The notes under the pieces are model-generated. The model was not told the DNA's origin. It saw only the letters and a list, made by a program, of their open reading frames with translations, and did not search any database. The translations under genes and the position numbers were made by a program. From the NCBI GenBank assembly GCA_034722055.1, contig JAYENL010000259.1, positions 1 to 64,000 of the forward strand: a stretch of 64,000 nucleotides of DNA. Reading direction: 5' to 3'. Shown one piece after another: positions 45,545-55,232 of this stretch. The stretch is from Armatimonadota bacterium (lineage in GTDB: Bacteria; Armatimonadota; Zipacnadia; Zipacnadales; UBA5352). Positions within the stretch are counted from its first letter, which is position 1; the number at the start of each line of letters is the position of its first letter.

Positions 45545-47197
45545 TCAGAAGCGGTCCAGCAGCGTGAAGAAGCTGCCGATGCTCCAGAGGGCGGTGCGGA
45601 TCTCGTTCCAGCCCACGCCCCGCTCCTGCACGGGGATGAAGATGACGTCGCCGTCCTGCAGCTCCAGGTCCTCCGGCTCCACCTCACGGTGGACGGCAGC
45701 CATGTTGCGCTTGATGAACTGCGTCTCGCCATCCGGCCCGGCGCGCAGCACGGTGACGCTCCGCATCTGTCCGGCCGCGAAGTTGCCGAAGCGGGAGACG
45801 ACGTCCAGGAGCGTCATCTCCTCCGTCAGCGGGATGGGACCGGTCCGGGTGGCGGCGCCCATGAGGTAGACGTGCTGCAGCTCCGGGACCATGACGATGT
45901 CATCGGGCTGAAGCGGGATGTTCTCGGACAGATCGCCCTCGTGGATGGCAGCGTACATGTCGGCCGTGACCCGCCCGTCCTCGCGGTAGATGTAGGTGTT
46001 CCTGAGGTCCGCGTTCTCGGTGGGCACCGACATGGTCAGGAGGCGGAGCAGGTCTCGCTCCTGCTGCTCGCGGATGTCGATGACGCCGGGGCGCTCCACC
46101 GCCCCCAGCACCAACACCGTCTCCGGCTCGGCGGGAGGCACCAGCACCACGTCACCGGTGCTGAGGGTAAGGTCGTACTCCATCTCACCCCGCTCCAGGA
46201 GGCCCTCCAGATCGATGGGGATGGTGCCCTCTGCGGTGATGACCTGAGCGCGGGTGAGGCCCGCGTCCTCGGTGACCCCGCCCGCACGCACCAGCGCGTC
46301 CAACACGGTCATCGGCTCCACAAGCTCGAAGCTGGTGGGGGCCTCCACCTCACCCAGCACCGACACCTCGCCGGCCTCGCGGACCACCAGCACGTCGCCG
46401 CCCTGCAGCTCCACGTTCTGGGTCAGGTCGCCCTCCTGCATCAGCGCCCGCAGGTCCACAGAGATGGGCTGCTCTTGGGCGCGCAGGACCATCGCGGCGC
46501 CGCGGTCGGCGGTCTCGGTCAGACCCCCGGCCAGGCGGCCTATGGCGTCGAGCACGGTAATGCGCTCGCCGAGGGGAATGATCGTCTGGCCCGGCTGCTG
46601 CACCTCGCCCAGCACCGTAACGCGGTCCTCGATGCGAGGCACGTAGATGACGTCGCCATAGTAGACGGGCTCGAAGGCCGGGATGGGCTGCTCCCCGCGC
46701 AGCCCGCTGAGGTCGAGCAGCCGCGGCTCGCGGTTGCCGTTGGTGACCTTCACCTGGCGCAGGTCGGCAGAGGCGCGCACGCCGGCACCGGTGATGGCAT
46801 CGGCGACGGTGGCCCCGAACGGGAGCGTCATCGGTCCCGGGTGCTCCACCTCCCCCGCGACGTGGACCTTCCGGTGAGACTCCGGCCCATTGAGAGCCAC
46901 CGTCACCAGAGGCCGCTTGATGAGCCGGCGCAGCTCGGTGCCGACGAGCTCCTCGGCCTCGTCGAGGGTCAGGCCGCCGACCGGGACGTTGCCGAGGATG
47001 GGCATGGCCGTGGTGCCCTCGGGCCCGACGCGGTACGACCTCGAGAGGCCCTCCTCACCGTAGACCATGACGTCCAGGACGTCCCCGGGGGAGATGCGGT
47101 AGCCCTGCAGCTCGGTCTGTGCCAGGGCGGGAACGACGGCGAGGAGGACCGCGATGACGGTGGCTGCTGTGGCCTGGCGACGCGCCCGTGTCCTCAT
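45545..47197 (-). CDS. Polysaccharide export protein with multiple SLBB domains (Wza/KpsD-like)
   Basis: 'YRISPGDVLDVMV…GLTLDE'; repeated 'VLGEV..PG…GG….ADL' SLBB units; C-terminal amphipathic helix. Confidence 0.85.
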   Translation of the reverse strand: MRTRARRQATAATVIAVLLAVVPALAQTELQGYRISPGDVLDVMVYGEEGLSRSYRVGPEGTTAMPILGNVPVGGLTLDEAEELVGTELRRLIKRPLVTVALNGPESHRKVHVAGEVEHPGPMTLPFGATVADAITGAGVRASADLRQVKVTNGNREPRLLDLSGLRGEQPIPAFEPVYYGDVIYVPRIEDRVTVLGEVQQPGQTIIPLGERITVLDAIGRLAGGLTETADRGAAMVLRAQEQPISVDLRALMQEGDLTQNVELQGGDVLVVREAGEVSVLGEVEAPTSFELVEPMTVLDALVRAGGVTEDAGLTRAQVITAEGTIPIDLEGLLERGEMEYDLTLSTGDVVLVPPAEPETVLVLGAVERPGVIDIREQQERDLLRLLTMSVPTENADLRNTYIYREDGRVTADMYAAIHEGDLSENIPLQPDDIVMVPELQHVYLMGAATRTGPIPLTEEMTLLDVVSRFGNFAAGQMRSVTVLRAGPDGETQFIKRNMAAVHREVEPEDLELQDGDVIFIPVQERGVGWNEIRTALWSIGSFFTLLDRF

Positions 47198-47377
47198 ATC
47201 GGTGGGGATTCTACGCGGGCCCCGCGGCGGTGTCAAGCGCGGGGCTGTGGGGGCTGCCAATTCCACGTGTCGATCGAACGCGCGGCCGAGAGCACCCGGA
47301 GGCGCTTGCGCGCCTCTCCCCATAGCCACAGCCCCGCCCGCGCCCAGAGCGATACGGGGGGCGGCACCTGCCGGGGA

Positions 47378-48064
47378 TCAGCTTCGCGAGAAGGGCAGCT
47401 CGCTATCCTCCTCGACCAGGCCGAGCTGCTCGAGCTTGGCTCGAGCGGCCGCCATGATGCGGTAGTGCGACACCTCCCGGCCCAGTATCGGGAGGCTCAT
47501 CTCCAGCCGCTCCGCCACCGAGCCAGCCTCCAGCAGCTCCTGCTGCACCGGGAGCGGAGCCTGGAGGTTGGCGGCAATCGCGTAGGAGAGGGCCACGGGA
47601 TCATCCGGCACCTCCGGCCGCGGCCGGTCGGCACCCATGGTGCGCAGCACCAGGCGCATGAGCCGGCCCAGCATGTGGCGCGCCATCTCCTCCAGCTCCC
47701 GGTCGGACTCAGTCATTGCGTCGTCATCATCGAGGACACGCACGTCGGCGCGGACGATGGGCATCGCCTGCAGAATGGCGTCGATGCGGAAGCGACGTCC
47801 GCCCTGGGCCAGGACCACGCTGGTGCCGTCGTGCAGCCGGGTGACCTCGGCGATGTGGGCGATGGTGCCCACGTCATGGGGAATGCTGGGGCCGCCGACC
47901 TCCTGCCCCGCCCGCAGCAATGCCACTCCGAAGACCCCGTCCCCGTCAACGCACTCGTCGAGCATCTCCCGGTAGCGCTCCTCATGGATGTGCAGCGTGG
48001 TGGGAGCTCCCGGGAAGAGCACCGACTTCAGTGGCATGATGGGCAGGTCCTCGACGATGGACAT
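47378..48064 (-). CDS. LON peptidase substrate-binding (N-terminal) domain protein
   Basis: 'LPIMPLKSVLFPG…LHIHEERY', 'VGTIAHI', 'GGRRFRI', 'QQELLEA…ERLE'. Confidence 0.88.
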   Translation of the reverse strand: MSIVEDLPIMPLKSVLFPGAPTTLHIHEERYREMLDECVDGDGVFGVALLRAGQEVGGPSIPHDVGTIAHIAEVTRLHDGTSVVLAQGGRRFRIDAILQAMPIVRADVRVLDDDDAMTESDRELEEMARHMLGRLMRLVLRTMGADRPRPEVPDDPVALSYAIAANLQAPLPVQQELLEAGSVAERLEMSLPILGREVSHYRIMAAARAKLEQLGLVEEDSELPFSRS

Positions 48065-48241
48065 CAGCTACCGGACACTCCTTGTTGCCTCCTCACCCAT
48101 CACTTACGCGCCGGGCGCATATTCTCCTGCCCGCTCGGATCCCGATGGGCGGATGATACCGGACGCGGAGGTCGGTCCCGCCGCACATCGCGTGGATGCC
48201 GACAGGAGATTCGGCGCCGACGTGGAAATGTCCCCCTGACA

Positions 48242-48256
48242 ACTATCGCCGATAGT
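48242..48256. promoter_or_regulatory. Perfect palindrome ACTATCG-C-CGATAGT, candidate operator upstream of rtcB-like gene
   Basis: 7-bp arms with 1-nt spacer, 20 nt before ATG 48277. Confidence 0.45.
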
Positions 48257-48276
48257 ACGCGATCGGGAGATCGGTT

Positions 48277-49476
48277 ATGAACAACACTGAGAGGCAGGCC
48301 GCAGTGGACCGTGCCGCCGAGCACATCTTCTCCATGGGCCTGGGCGACGTGGCCGCCAGGATGAGCGAGCTGAACATGGCCTACGGGCTGGCGAAGATGC
48401 ACCTGGTGCAGGAGGAGCTGGGGGGGCCGCCGGACGCCACCTTCGTGGGCACACCTGACCTCACCATCACCCGCAATGAGGCCCGCTGGGGCGCCGGCAT
48501 CGGCTACGGCGGGAGGATCACCTGGGGCGACGGGGAGCTGCCGGTCGTCTTCCTCGACGTCAAGCCCAACTGCTGCGGCATGCTGGTGGGAGGACTCGGG
48601 CAGCCGCCCGAGCTACGGAGGCTGGTGCGGCGCCTGGACGCCATGCTGGAGGACCACGCGGAGCTGGACGGGGTGCCCATCGATTGGGACATCGGCACCG
48701 GCAACCACTTCGTGGATCTCATGGCCGTGGAGCCGGTTGACCCTGAGGCGCAACTGCCCCCGTGGTGCTTCGTCCTGCACTTCTCAGGCGCGGAGCTCCG
48801 AGGTGAGAATCCGCTGGGCATGGGACTGTACTGGGACGGCAGCGCCGAGCTGCGCCGGCGGATGCGCGTGTTCGACACTCCCTGGGGGCCGTGCCGGACG
48901 TTGCTGGATGACGACGCGCGGGAGTACTGGCAGTTCTTCCAGCGCGCCGAGCGGTTCGCCCGCCAGCGCCGGCTGATGGCCGCCGAGCGCCTGTTCGGCG
49001 ACTTCGAGATCATCGCGAACTTGCATCACCAGGGGCTGATGCACCAGAACGCGATGCTCCTGGGCTGCCAGGACACGTCCGCCGGGGGGCTGGTGCCGGT
49101 GATGCTGCGGGAGAACACGCCCGGATACCTCTTCCACGCCCTGCCCAACCTCGCCGACGAGGTCATCGACGTGCTGGGGTGGCGGGAGCGTGCCGTGCGA
49201 CACGGGGTCCTGGACCGGCTGCAATCGGCAAACGTCATTCCCCACGGGGCCGGCTACATGCTGCCCGACCTAGCGACGGTGGCAGAGGTGCACGAGATCG
49301 ACGGGCGGCGGTACTACGAGGTGGAGTCCGCGCAGGGGGGCGTGCGCATCGTGCTGGGAACGCCGCGGCACCTCACCTACGCCTACCGCGGGCGCCGCGT
49401 GATCCTCGCCAGCGCGGAGTACCGGCTGGGCGAGATCGCGGCGCGCCTGCAGCCGGTCTCAGTTCTGAAGGCGTGA
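48277..49476 (+). CDS. rtcB: Divergent RtcB-family RNA 3'-phosphate/5'-OH ligase
   Basis: Ordered motifs 'TPD', 'GIGYGG', 'PNCCG', 'GTGNHF', 'LHFSG', 'HHQG', 'PHGAG', 'AYR', C-terminal 'LQPVSVLKA'. Confidence 0.75.
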   Translation: MNNTERQAAVDRAAEHIFSMGLGDVAARMSELNMAYGLAKMHLVQEELGGPPDATFVGTPDLTITRNEARWGAGIGYGGRITWGDGELPVVFLDVKPNCCGMLVGGLGQPPELRRLVRRLDAMLEDHAELDGVPIDWDIGTGNHFVDLMAVEPVDPEAQLPPWCFVLHFSGAELRGENPLGMGLYWDGSAELRRRMRVFDTPWGPCRTLLDDDAREYWQFFQRAERFARQRRLMAAERLFGDFEIIANLHHQGLMHQNAMLLGCQDTSAGGLVPVMLRENTPGYLFHALPNLADEVIDVLGWRERAVRHGVLDRLQSANVIPHGAGYMLPDLATVAEVHEIDGRRYYEVESAQGGVRIVLGTPRHLTYAYRGRRVILASAEYRLGEIAARLQPVSVLKA

Positions 49477-49806
49477 GGACGACAGGCGCGGCTGCGCTCG
49501 CACTGCGAGCGCTGTGGAGGTCGCGCAGCGACCTCCCAGGTCCGCGCCCTACAACACCCGACGCGGGCCGTGGTCTGGCGCTTGCTTGCTCAACTCCACG
49601 TATGTTGATGACGAGCGCACTCGGCGCCTGGTTGCGTTGAAGATGCCCGGCATCCCTGGTGGAGGGGCCGCCGGGCGCGCAGCGCCCGGTGAGGCCTGTG
49701 AGCGTAGCGAGCAGGCCGAAGGTTCCACCCCGGCCCAGCACGTTGTGCTAAACGGCATGCGGGCGAGGGCGCCTGTACTACTTAGCGGCCGGGCCGGGAT
49801 GGAACC

Positions 49807-49840
49807 TGCCGCCTGCGCAAGAACGACCGCGCAGGCGGCA
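49807..49840. terminator. 12-bp GC-rich hairpin between convergent genes
   Basis: TGCCGCCTGCGC-N10-GCGCAGGCGGCA; no U-tract so function uncertain. Confidence 0.3.
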
Positions 49841-50067
49841 CCCTGGAGTTCGGATAGCGAACTCTTAAGAGAAGCCTACTGGCTTCTCCATCGCTGCGCT
49901 CGGGCGGCCCCTCCGTACAACACTGCTCAACTCCATCACAGGCCTCTCTCAAGATGCAGCAATGCAGAGGTCCCGGACAGGGGGAGAAGAGCCCGGCCAA
50001 CGGCGGCAGGCTGCACGCCTCCCCCAGGAATCTGCTGCGGGTTCCCGTGGCGGTCGGCGCGATGCGC

Positions 50068-50733
50068 TCAGTGGCGGAAGATGCGGAAGCTGGCGGGGTC
50101 GAAGCCGGCCCGGCGCATCAGGGCCGCGGCCTCGGCTCGGTAGGCGGCCACCACCTCGGCCCGCTCCTGTTCCGTGTCGCCCTCGGCATGGTCCTCGAGG
50201 TACTCCGCGACCTCATCCCACGGGGGATCGTTGGCGATCGCCCAGACGGCGAGCTGCGCCGCCGGCCGCGATGGACGCACGCGCCCTACGTACTCAGAGA
50301 CCGCCGCCATGCGCCGGTCGGGGCAGGGAACGGGGACCATGCGATCGTAGCGGGTGGGGGCGGGGCGGTTGTAGTTGGTGCAGGCGGTGGGGATCTCCAC
50401 GTAGGCGTAGGCGCGGCGCGAGAGGTCGATGGGCACCCAGCCGATGGTGGTCATGCCCTGCCGCTGCTGCTGCCCCTGGATCTGCTGCGCCCAGAACTGC
50501 GTGCCGGGCGCGACATAGACCTCGTCGGGGCCGAAGGCGCCGCGACGCAGCCGCCCTCGCACCGACTGGTCGCCATTGCCATAGAAGACGGCCTCCACCG
50601 TGCCGCTGTCCAATGCCTCCAGCAGCTCCATCGGCTCGGTCCTGCGTGTGCCCAGGGCCGGCAGCGCGCTGGCCACCGCCAGGGTCCCGAGCATCATCAC
50701 GCCGATCAGCATCCGCCTGTTCATTGCGGCCAC
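50068..50733 (-). CDS. Secreted hypothetical protein with Cys…QxAVW (thioester/TQXA-like) motifs
   Basis: Signal peptide; 'TACTNYNRPAP'; 'AQLAVWAIAN'; GGAGG RBS. Confidence 0.6.
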   Translation of the reverse strand: MAAMNRRMLIGVMMLGTLAVASALPALGTRRTEPMELLEALDSGTVEAVFYGNGDQSVRGRLRRGAFGPDEVYVAPGTQFWAQQIQGQQQRQGMTTIGWVPIDLSRRAYAYVEIPTACTNYNRPAPTRYDRMVPVPCPDRRMAAVSEYVGRVRPSRPAAQLAVWAIANDPPWDEVAEYLEDHAEGDTEQERAEVVAAYRAEAAALMRRAGFDPASFRIFRH

Positions 50734-50851
50734 CTCCAGATCGGTCCGTGCCTATGTTTCATTCGACGTCTCCGGCCCCCCGCAGGTTTCAGTGGCCTTG
50801 ACACCGAAGCTGTATTCGCGCGTTTATCGGGTCTCACCGGGAGGGATCGTG

Positions 50852-53353
50852 ATGCTGATTCTGCTTGTGCTGGCAGCGCTGCTCGGCTCGTCATGCGCCG
50901 TCGCGGACCAGGCGGTCCTCGCCGACGGCGGCGGGGCACTCATGCCCATCGTACTACATCACGAGGCCACGGATCGCCAGCGAGAGCTGGCCGATGAGCT
51001 GGCCGGGTACCTCCAGCGCATCAGCCGCGCGGAGTTCGAGGTCCAGGCGGGCGGAGGCTCGTCGGGGATCGTGCTGGGCACGCCCGAGCAGTTCCCGGTG
51101 CCGGAGTGGCGCGAGGAGCTGGCGGTGGAGGGCCACGAGGCCCTGGAGGCCTTCGGCATTCGCACCGGCCCCGAGCGCGTGCTGCTTATCGGGGCTACCG
51201 ACCTCGGCCTGGACCGGGCCATCACCCGGCTGCTGATGGAGCTGGGCTGCCGGTGGCTGTGGCCCAGCGAGGCGTGGCACGTGGTGCCGCAGCGGGATCG
51301 GCTGGTGGTGGACCTGGATCTGACGGACCGCCCCGCGATGCTCTCACGGGTCATCTGGTGGGACTGGGGGCCATGGGACCAGCAGGCCCGAGAGGACTGG
51401 GAGCGGTGGATGCGGCGCAACCTCATGGGCGAGAGCCTCAAGATCCGCTGCGGGCATGCCTGGCAGCGGATCATCGCCGAGCGCAGGGCACAGTTCGACG
51501 AGCACCCCGAGTATCTGGCCTATCGCCCCGAGGTTGACGAGGAGACCGGGGAGGCAACCGGGGGCACACGTGGCGGCAACAAGCTCTGCGTCACCAACCC
51601 GGAGCTGGTGGAGCTGTGCCGCGACTACGCCGTGGACTACTTCGATGAGAGGCCGGAGGAGGACATGGTGTCCCTGGAGCCCTCCGACGGCGGCGGGCAC
51701 TGCCAGTGCCCCGACTGCCTGGCGATGGGCCCCATTCCCCAGCGCGTGCATTGGCTGACCAACCAGGTGGCGAGGGCGGTGGCGGAGCACCATCCGGGCA
51801 AGCTCGTGGGCACCTACGCCTATCACCTTCACTCCGAGCCGCCAAGCTTCGTGATGGAGCCGAACGTCTACGTGCAGATCACCGCCGGCTTCACGCGCGG
51901 TCAGTACAGCTTCCTGGAGCTGATCGAGCAGTGGCACGAGCATGTGTCGCAGCTCGGGATCTACGAGTACCTCAACGTCTGGGCGTGGAGCCGGGACATG
52001 CCGGGGGCCTCGCGAGGCGCCAACGTGGAGTATCTGGCCGAGCGCATCCCCTACTACGCCGAACACGGCGCCACCACCATGAGCTGCGAGTCCGGCGCCA
52101 ACTACGGGCCCAATGGGCTGGGCTACCTGGTGGCGTCGCGGCTGATGTGGGACCCGGAGGCCGACGTGGAGGCCATCTGCAGCGACTTCTACCAGAAGGC
52201 CTTTGGGCCCGCGGCCGAGCCCATGCGGCGGTACTTCGAGCGCCTCGACGGCGGCAACGAGCCGCTGGTGAGCGATCATCTGCTGGCGCTGGCGCACCAG
52301 GACCTGGCGGAGGCGTCGCGGCTGGCCGCCGACCGCCCGGACGTCCTGCGCCGCATCGATGACCTCAAGCTCTACCTCCACTACGTGGGCCTGATGCGGG
52401 AGCTGAACACCCCGCAGGAGGACCAGGAGCGGCTGGAGACGCTATTCGACCTGCTGACCTTCGCCTACCGGACCCGGCACCGCTACATCGTGCACAGCAC
52501 CGGAATCCGGGGGCGCTACGCCACGTACTACCTGCGCGGCATCGAGCAGCCCGAGGACTGGGACTGGCGCAACAAGGGCGCTGAGACCGCGTGGTACACG
52601 GGTGAGGACTACACGCACCAGGAGGTCGAGGCCATCTTCCAGCGGGGCCTGCAGCGCTATGAGGCGAAGCAGTTCGAGCGCCGCTCATTCTCCGACGACC
52701 TGGTGCCCGTCGACTTCGAGGCCATGCCGGGGGCGCCGCGCTGCCGGCAGATCTTCCAGGGCTCGCGCGAGTTCGTCTTCTACAGCGACGGGGCGCCCCT
52801 GCAGCTCCGGCTGCAGACGGGCTGGATTGCGCACTATCGCGACCGGCGGCCCACCCGGTGGCAGGTCGCGGGTTGGGAAGGCGAGCCAGTGGGCTCAGGA
52901 GAGCTGCCGCTGGATGGCGAGTGGCACGAGCTGTCCGTGCAGGTGCCGGCCGCAGGGCGCTATCGCCTGCACGTCGATGACGCTGGCGCCGGCTGGCAGA
53001 TCGACTACGCCCCCGGGACGCCGGCGGTGTGGCCGCTGGAGAAGGGCCGGCGCATCTACGGCCTCGGCGGCACCACGGCGGCGGTGTACTTCTACGTGCC
53101 CGCCGGGACCGAGCGTGTCGCCTACTACGTCGAGGGCACGGCGCACAGCGTCCTGGACGGGGACGGGAACACCGTCGCGGAGCTGGAGGCGGAGCCGGGC
53201 GAGGTCATCACCGTGGAGGTCCCGGAGGGGCAGGACGGGCGCGTGTGGTGCCTGCGGGACCTCAAGTTCCGCCGGCTGTGGTTCTACAACTGCCCCAACT
53301 ACCTGGCCGCCCTGGCGCAGGATATGATGGTCCCGCGGGAGCTGGTCGAGTAG
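50852..53353 (+). CDS. Secreted DUF4838-type putative glycoside hydrolase
   Basis: Signal peptide; 'LGCRWLWP', 'GHAW', 'HPEYLA', 'LCVTNP', 'SDGGGHCQC', 'YAY'; start after GGAGG. Confidence 0.8.
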   Translation: MLILLVLAALLGSSCAVADQAVLADGGGALMPIVLHHEATDRQRELADELAGYLQRISRAEFEVQAGGGSSGIVLGTPEQFPVPEWREELAVEGHEALEAFGIRTGPERVLLIGATDLGLDRAITRLLMELGCRWLWPSEAWHVVPQRDRLVVDLDLTDRPAMLSRVIWWDWGPWDQQAREDWERWMRRNLMGESLKIRCGHAWQRIIAERRAQFDEHPEYLAYRPEVDEETGEATGGTRGGNKLCVTNPELVELCRDYAVDYFDERPEEDMVSLEPSDGGGHCQCPDCLAMGPIPQRVHWLTNQVARAVAEHHPGKLVGTYAYHLHSEPPSFVMEPNVYVQITAGFTRGQYSFLELIEQWHEHVSQLGIYEYLNVWAWSRDMPGASRGANVEYLAERIPYYAEHGATTMSCESGANYGPNGLGYLVASRLMWDPEADVEAICSDFYQKAFGPAAEPMRRYFERLDGGNEPLVSDHLLALAHQDLAEASRLAADRPDVLRRIDDLKLYLHYVGLMRELNTPQEDQERLETLFDLLTFAYRTRHRYIVHSTGIRGRYATYYLRGIEQPEDWDWRNKGAETAWYTGEDYTHQEVEAIFQRGLQRYEAKQFERRSFSDDLVPVDFEAMPGAPRCRQIFQGSREFVFYSDGAPLQLRLQTGWIAHYRDRRPTRWQVAGWEGEPVGSGELPLDGEWHELSVQVPAAGRYRLHVDDAGAGWQIDYAPGTPAVWPLEKGRRIYGLGGTTAAVYFYVPAGTERVAYYVEGTAHSVLDGDGNTVAELEAEPGEVITVEVPEGQDGRVWCLRDLKFRRLWFYNCPNYLAALAQDMMVPRELVE

Positions 53354-53429
53354 CGCACGCTCATACGTCAGGACGGCGCAGACCGAGACCTGCGCGCAAC
53401 GTGGGTCCCGTGCGTCGCCGGCGGCGCTG

Positions 53430-53953
53430 CTACCGCCAGTCGGCCATGGCGTTGGGCGCGAAGGTCATGGTCTGCGGGTCGTAGCGCGTGCAGAACTTGA
53501 CGTGACCGTCGGCGAAGAGGACGTTGCTGCCGTTGCCATGCACCGTGTCCTCGTAGAGCAGGCAGCGGTAGGTCATGTTGTCCTTGTCGCAGGAGTCCCA
53601 GGGACGGATCGCGGTGCCCACCGGTCGCGGGAGCAGATCCTCCGCGGAGCAGTCGCCCATCAGCACGTAGGCGGAGGGCTGTCGCAGAGCGCTGAACCGG
53701 ATCTGCTTGCCCCACCAGTTGGCGTAGAACCAGCGGGTGTTGAGGAAGTAGGAGAACTCGATGCGGCCGGGGCAGGCCGGGCAGCGGTAGATGCCCCTGT
53801 CCTCGACGTAGGGGTGGAGGCGCTCCTCCCAGCCGGGCCCGGGATCGTCCCCGTCGGTGCCATCGCCTCCCCAGCGGTGCCAGCCCGTGGTCCGCGGCGA
53901 CAGGCCGTCCCAGTCATCCGCGTACATGGATACGGCCATGCCGAGCTGCCGGA
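53430..53953 (-). pseudogene. 5'-truncated DUF1559 / H-X9-DG prepilin-type protein
   Basis: 'IRQLGMAVSMYADDWDG', 'IYRCP', 'SYFLN', 'HGNGSNVLFADGHVK'; prepilin N-terminus absent. Confidence 0.7.
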
Positions 53954-54069
53954 TCCTCCCCGCCCCGGGTGTAGAGCACATCGACCACGCCAGCAGCCCA
54001 GCACGCCCCCAGCAGCAGCCAGAAGCCAGGCGCGAGCTCCCTGACCTCCTTCCAGATGAGTGCTCTCAT
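53914..54069 (-). pseudogene. Truncated ABC-2 permease N-terminus (51 aa), joined out of frame to the DUF1559 fragment
   Basis: GGAGG RBS; MRALIWKEVRELAPGFWLLLGACWAAGVVDVLY…; stops after one TM helix. Confidence 0.65.
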
Positions 54070-54099
54070 GCTATGGCTCGCCTCCGCGGATCGGTGCGA

Positions 54100-54515
54100 C
54101 GGATGGCATTGTCGGGCTGGAAGCCCGACCTACGCGGTACGGAGCGGCACGAGCGTCTCCCGTCAGTCGCTGCAGGGCGCGTCCCGCCTGCTGTTCGACG
54201 TCTGTCGTTGCCCTCTGGAGGCCCCAGGTTCCACCCGGGCCCCGTAACGTCTGTGCGGGCGAGGGCGCCCGCACTACTGACAGGATAGGGACAGGGCCGA
54301 CGACAAGTACGCCTCACAGGATGCGGAGAACCCGGACGGCGGCAGGCTGGAAGCCTGCCGCACGAGCACAGTGTTCTGTCACAGCCGCACGCTGGAAGCC
54401 TGCCCCACAAACAGCGCGTTCGGGACGCCGGCACGCCGGAAGCCCGTGGCACGAGCACAGTGCTCTGTCACAATCGCAGGCTGGAAGCCCGCGCCACCAA
54501 GGGTGCAGGCGCGCG
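54100..54515. repeat. REP-like cluster
   Basis: GTCGGGCTGGAAGCCCGACCTACGCG (54111-54136), GCGGGCGAGGGCGCCCGCACTAC, tandem GCACGAGCACAGTG[T/C]TCTGTCACA…GCTGGAAGCC units. Confidence 0.8.
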
Positions 54516-54517
54516 CA

Positions 54518-55112
54518 CTACGGATTGTGCGTGCTCGCGACGGCCGGCACCCCGAACACGACCTCCCGCTCCCCGCTCTCCGGGTCGATGAAGGCGAGCC
54601 GCTCCCTGTCCTCGATCACGAGCAGCCGGTCGTTCGCCGCCCAATCCGTGAGCCTGAGGCTCCTGACTCCGGGGAAGTCCCCCACCGTGCGCACGGAGGA
54701 GCCGTCGGCATTCGGGACCAGGATGGTGGCGGGAGGATCAAGGTGCTCGCCCTGCTGGTAGATGGGCGACACGCTGAGCGCGAAGCGCGAGCCGTCCGGC
54801 GACCACACGCCCCCGCTGATCCACTGCTCCGGATTCCCGATGACCAGCCAGTCCTCCGGGACCATCCCGAGCGTCTCCGTGGGGATGCGGCTGACGATCT
54901 CCATGCGCTGAGCATCCACCACCGCGAAGCCCTCCGGCCCTGCCAGCCAGAGGTAGCGCCCATCGGGACTCCACGGCGCTGACCTTCCCCGCCTCCGCGG
55001 GCCAGTTGGAGGCAACCCAGGTCTCACCCGCGACCGCAGTCAGCAGGCCTGCAGCCAGCGCCACGATGGCCCACCGCATCACCCGCATTTCGCGCCAAAT
55101 GAGTGCCTTCAC
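54518..55112 (-). pseudogene. Internally deleted/frameshifted ABC-2 permease with TolB/WD40-like C-terminal fragment
   Basis: GTG 55112 'KALIWREMRVMRWAIVALAAGLL…' then +1 frame 'PWSPDGRYLW…WSPDGSRFAL' to stop 54518. Confidence 0.65.
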
Positions 55113-55232
55113 GCTTCCTCCCCCGGTCAGATCGCCGTCCTGTCGTTCGACGTTCGTCGTTGCCATCTGCCGTTCCGTGCTGCGGAGGCCCTCGTCCGCA
55201 CGCCGTTCGTCCTGCAAACCGACGACATGTGC

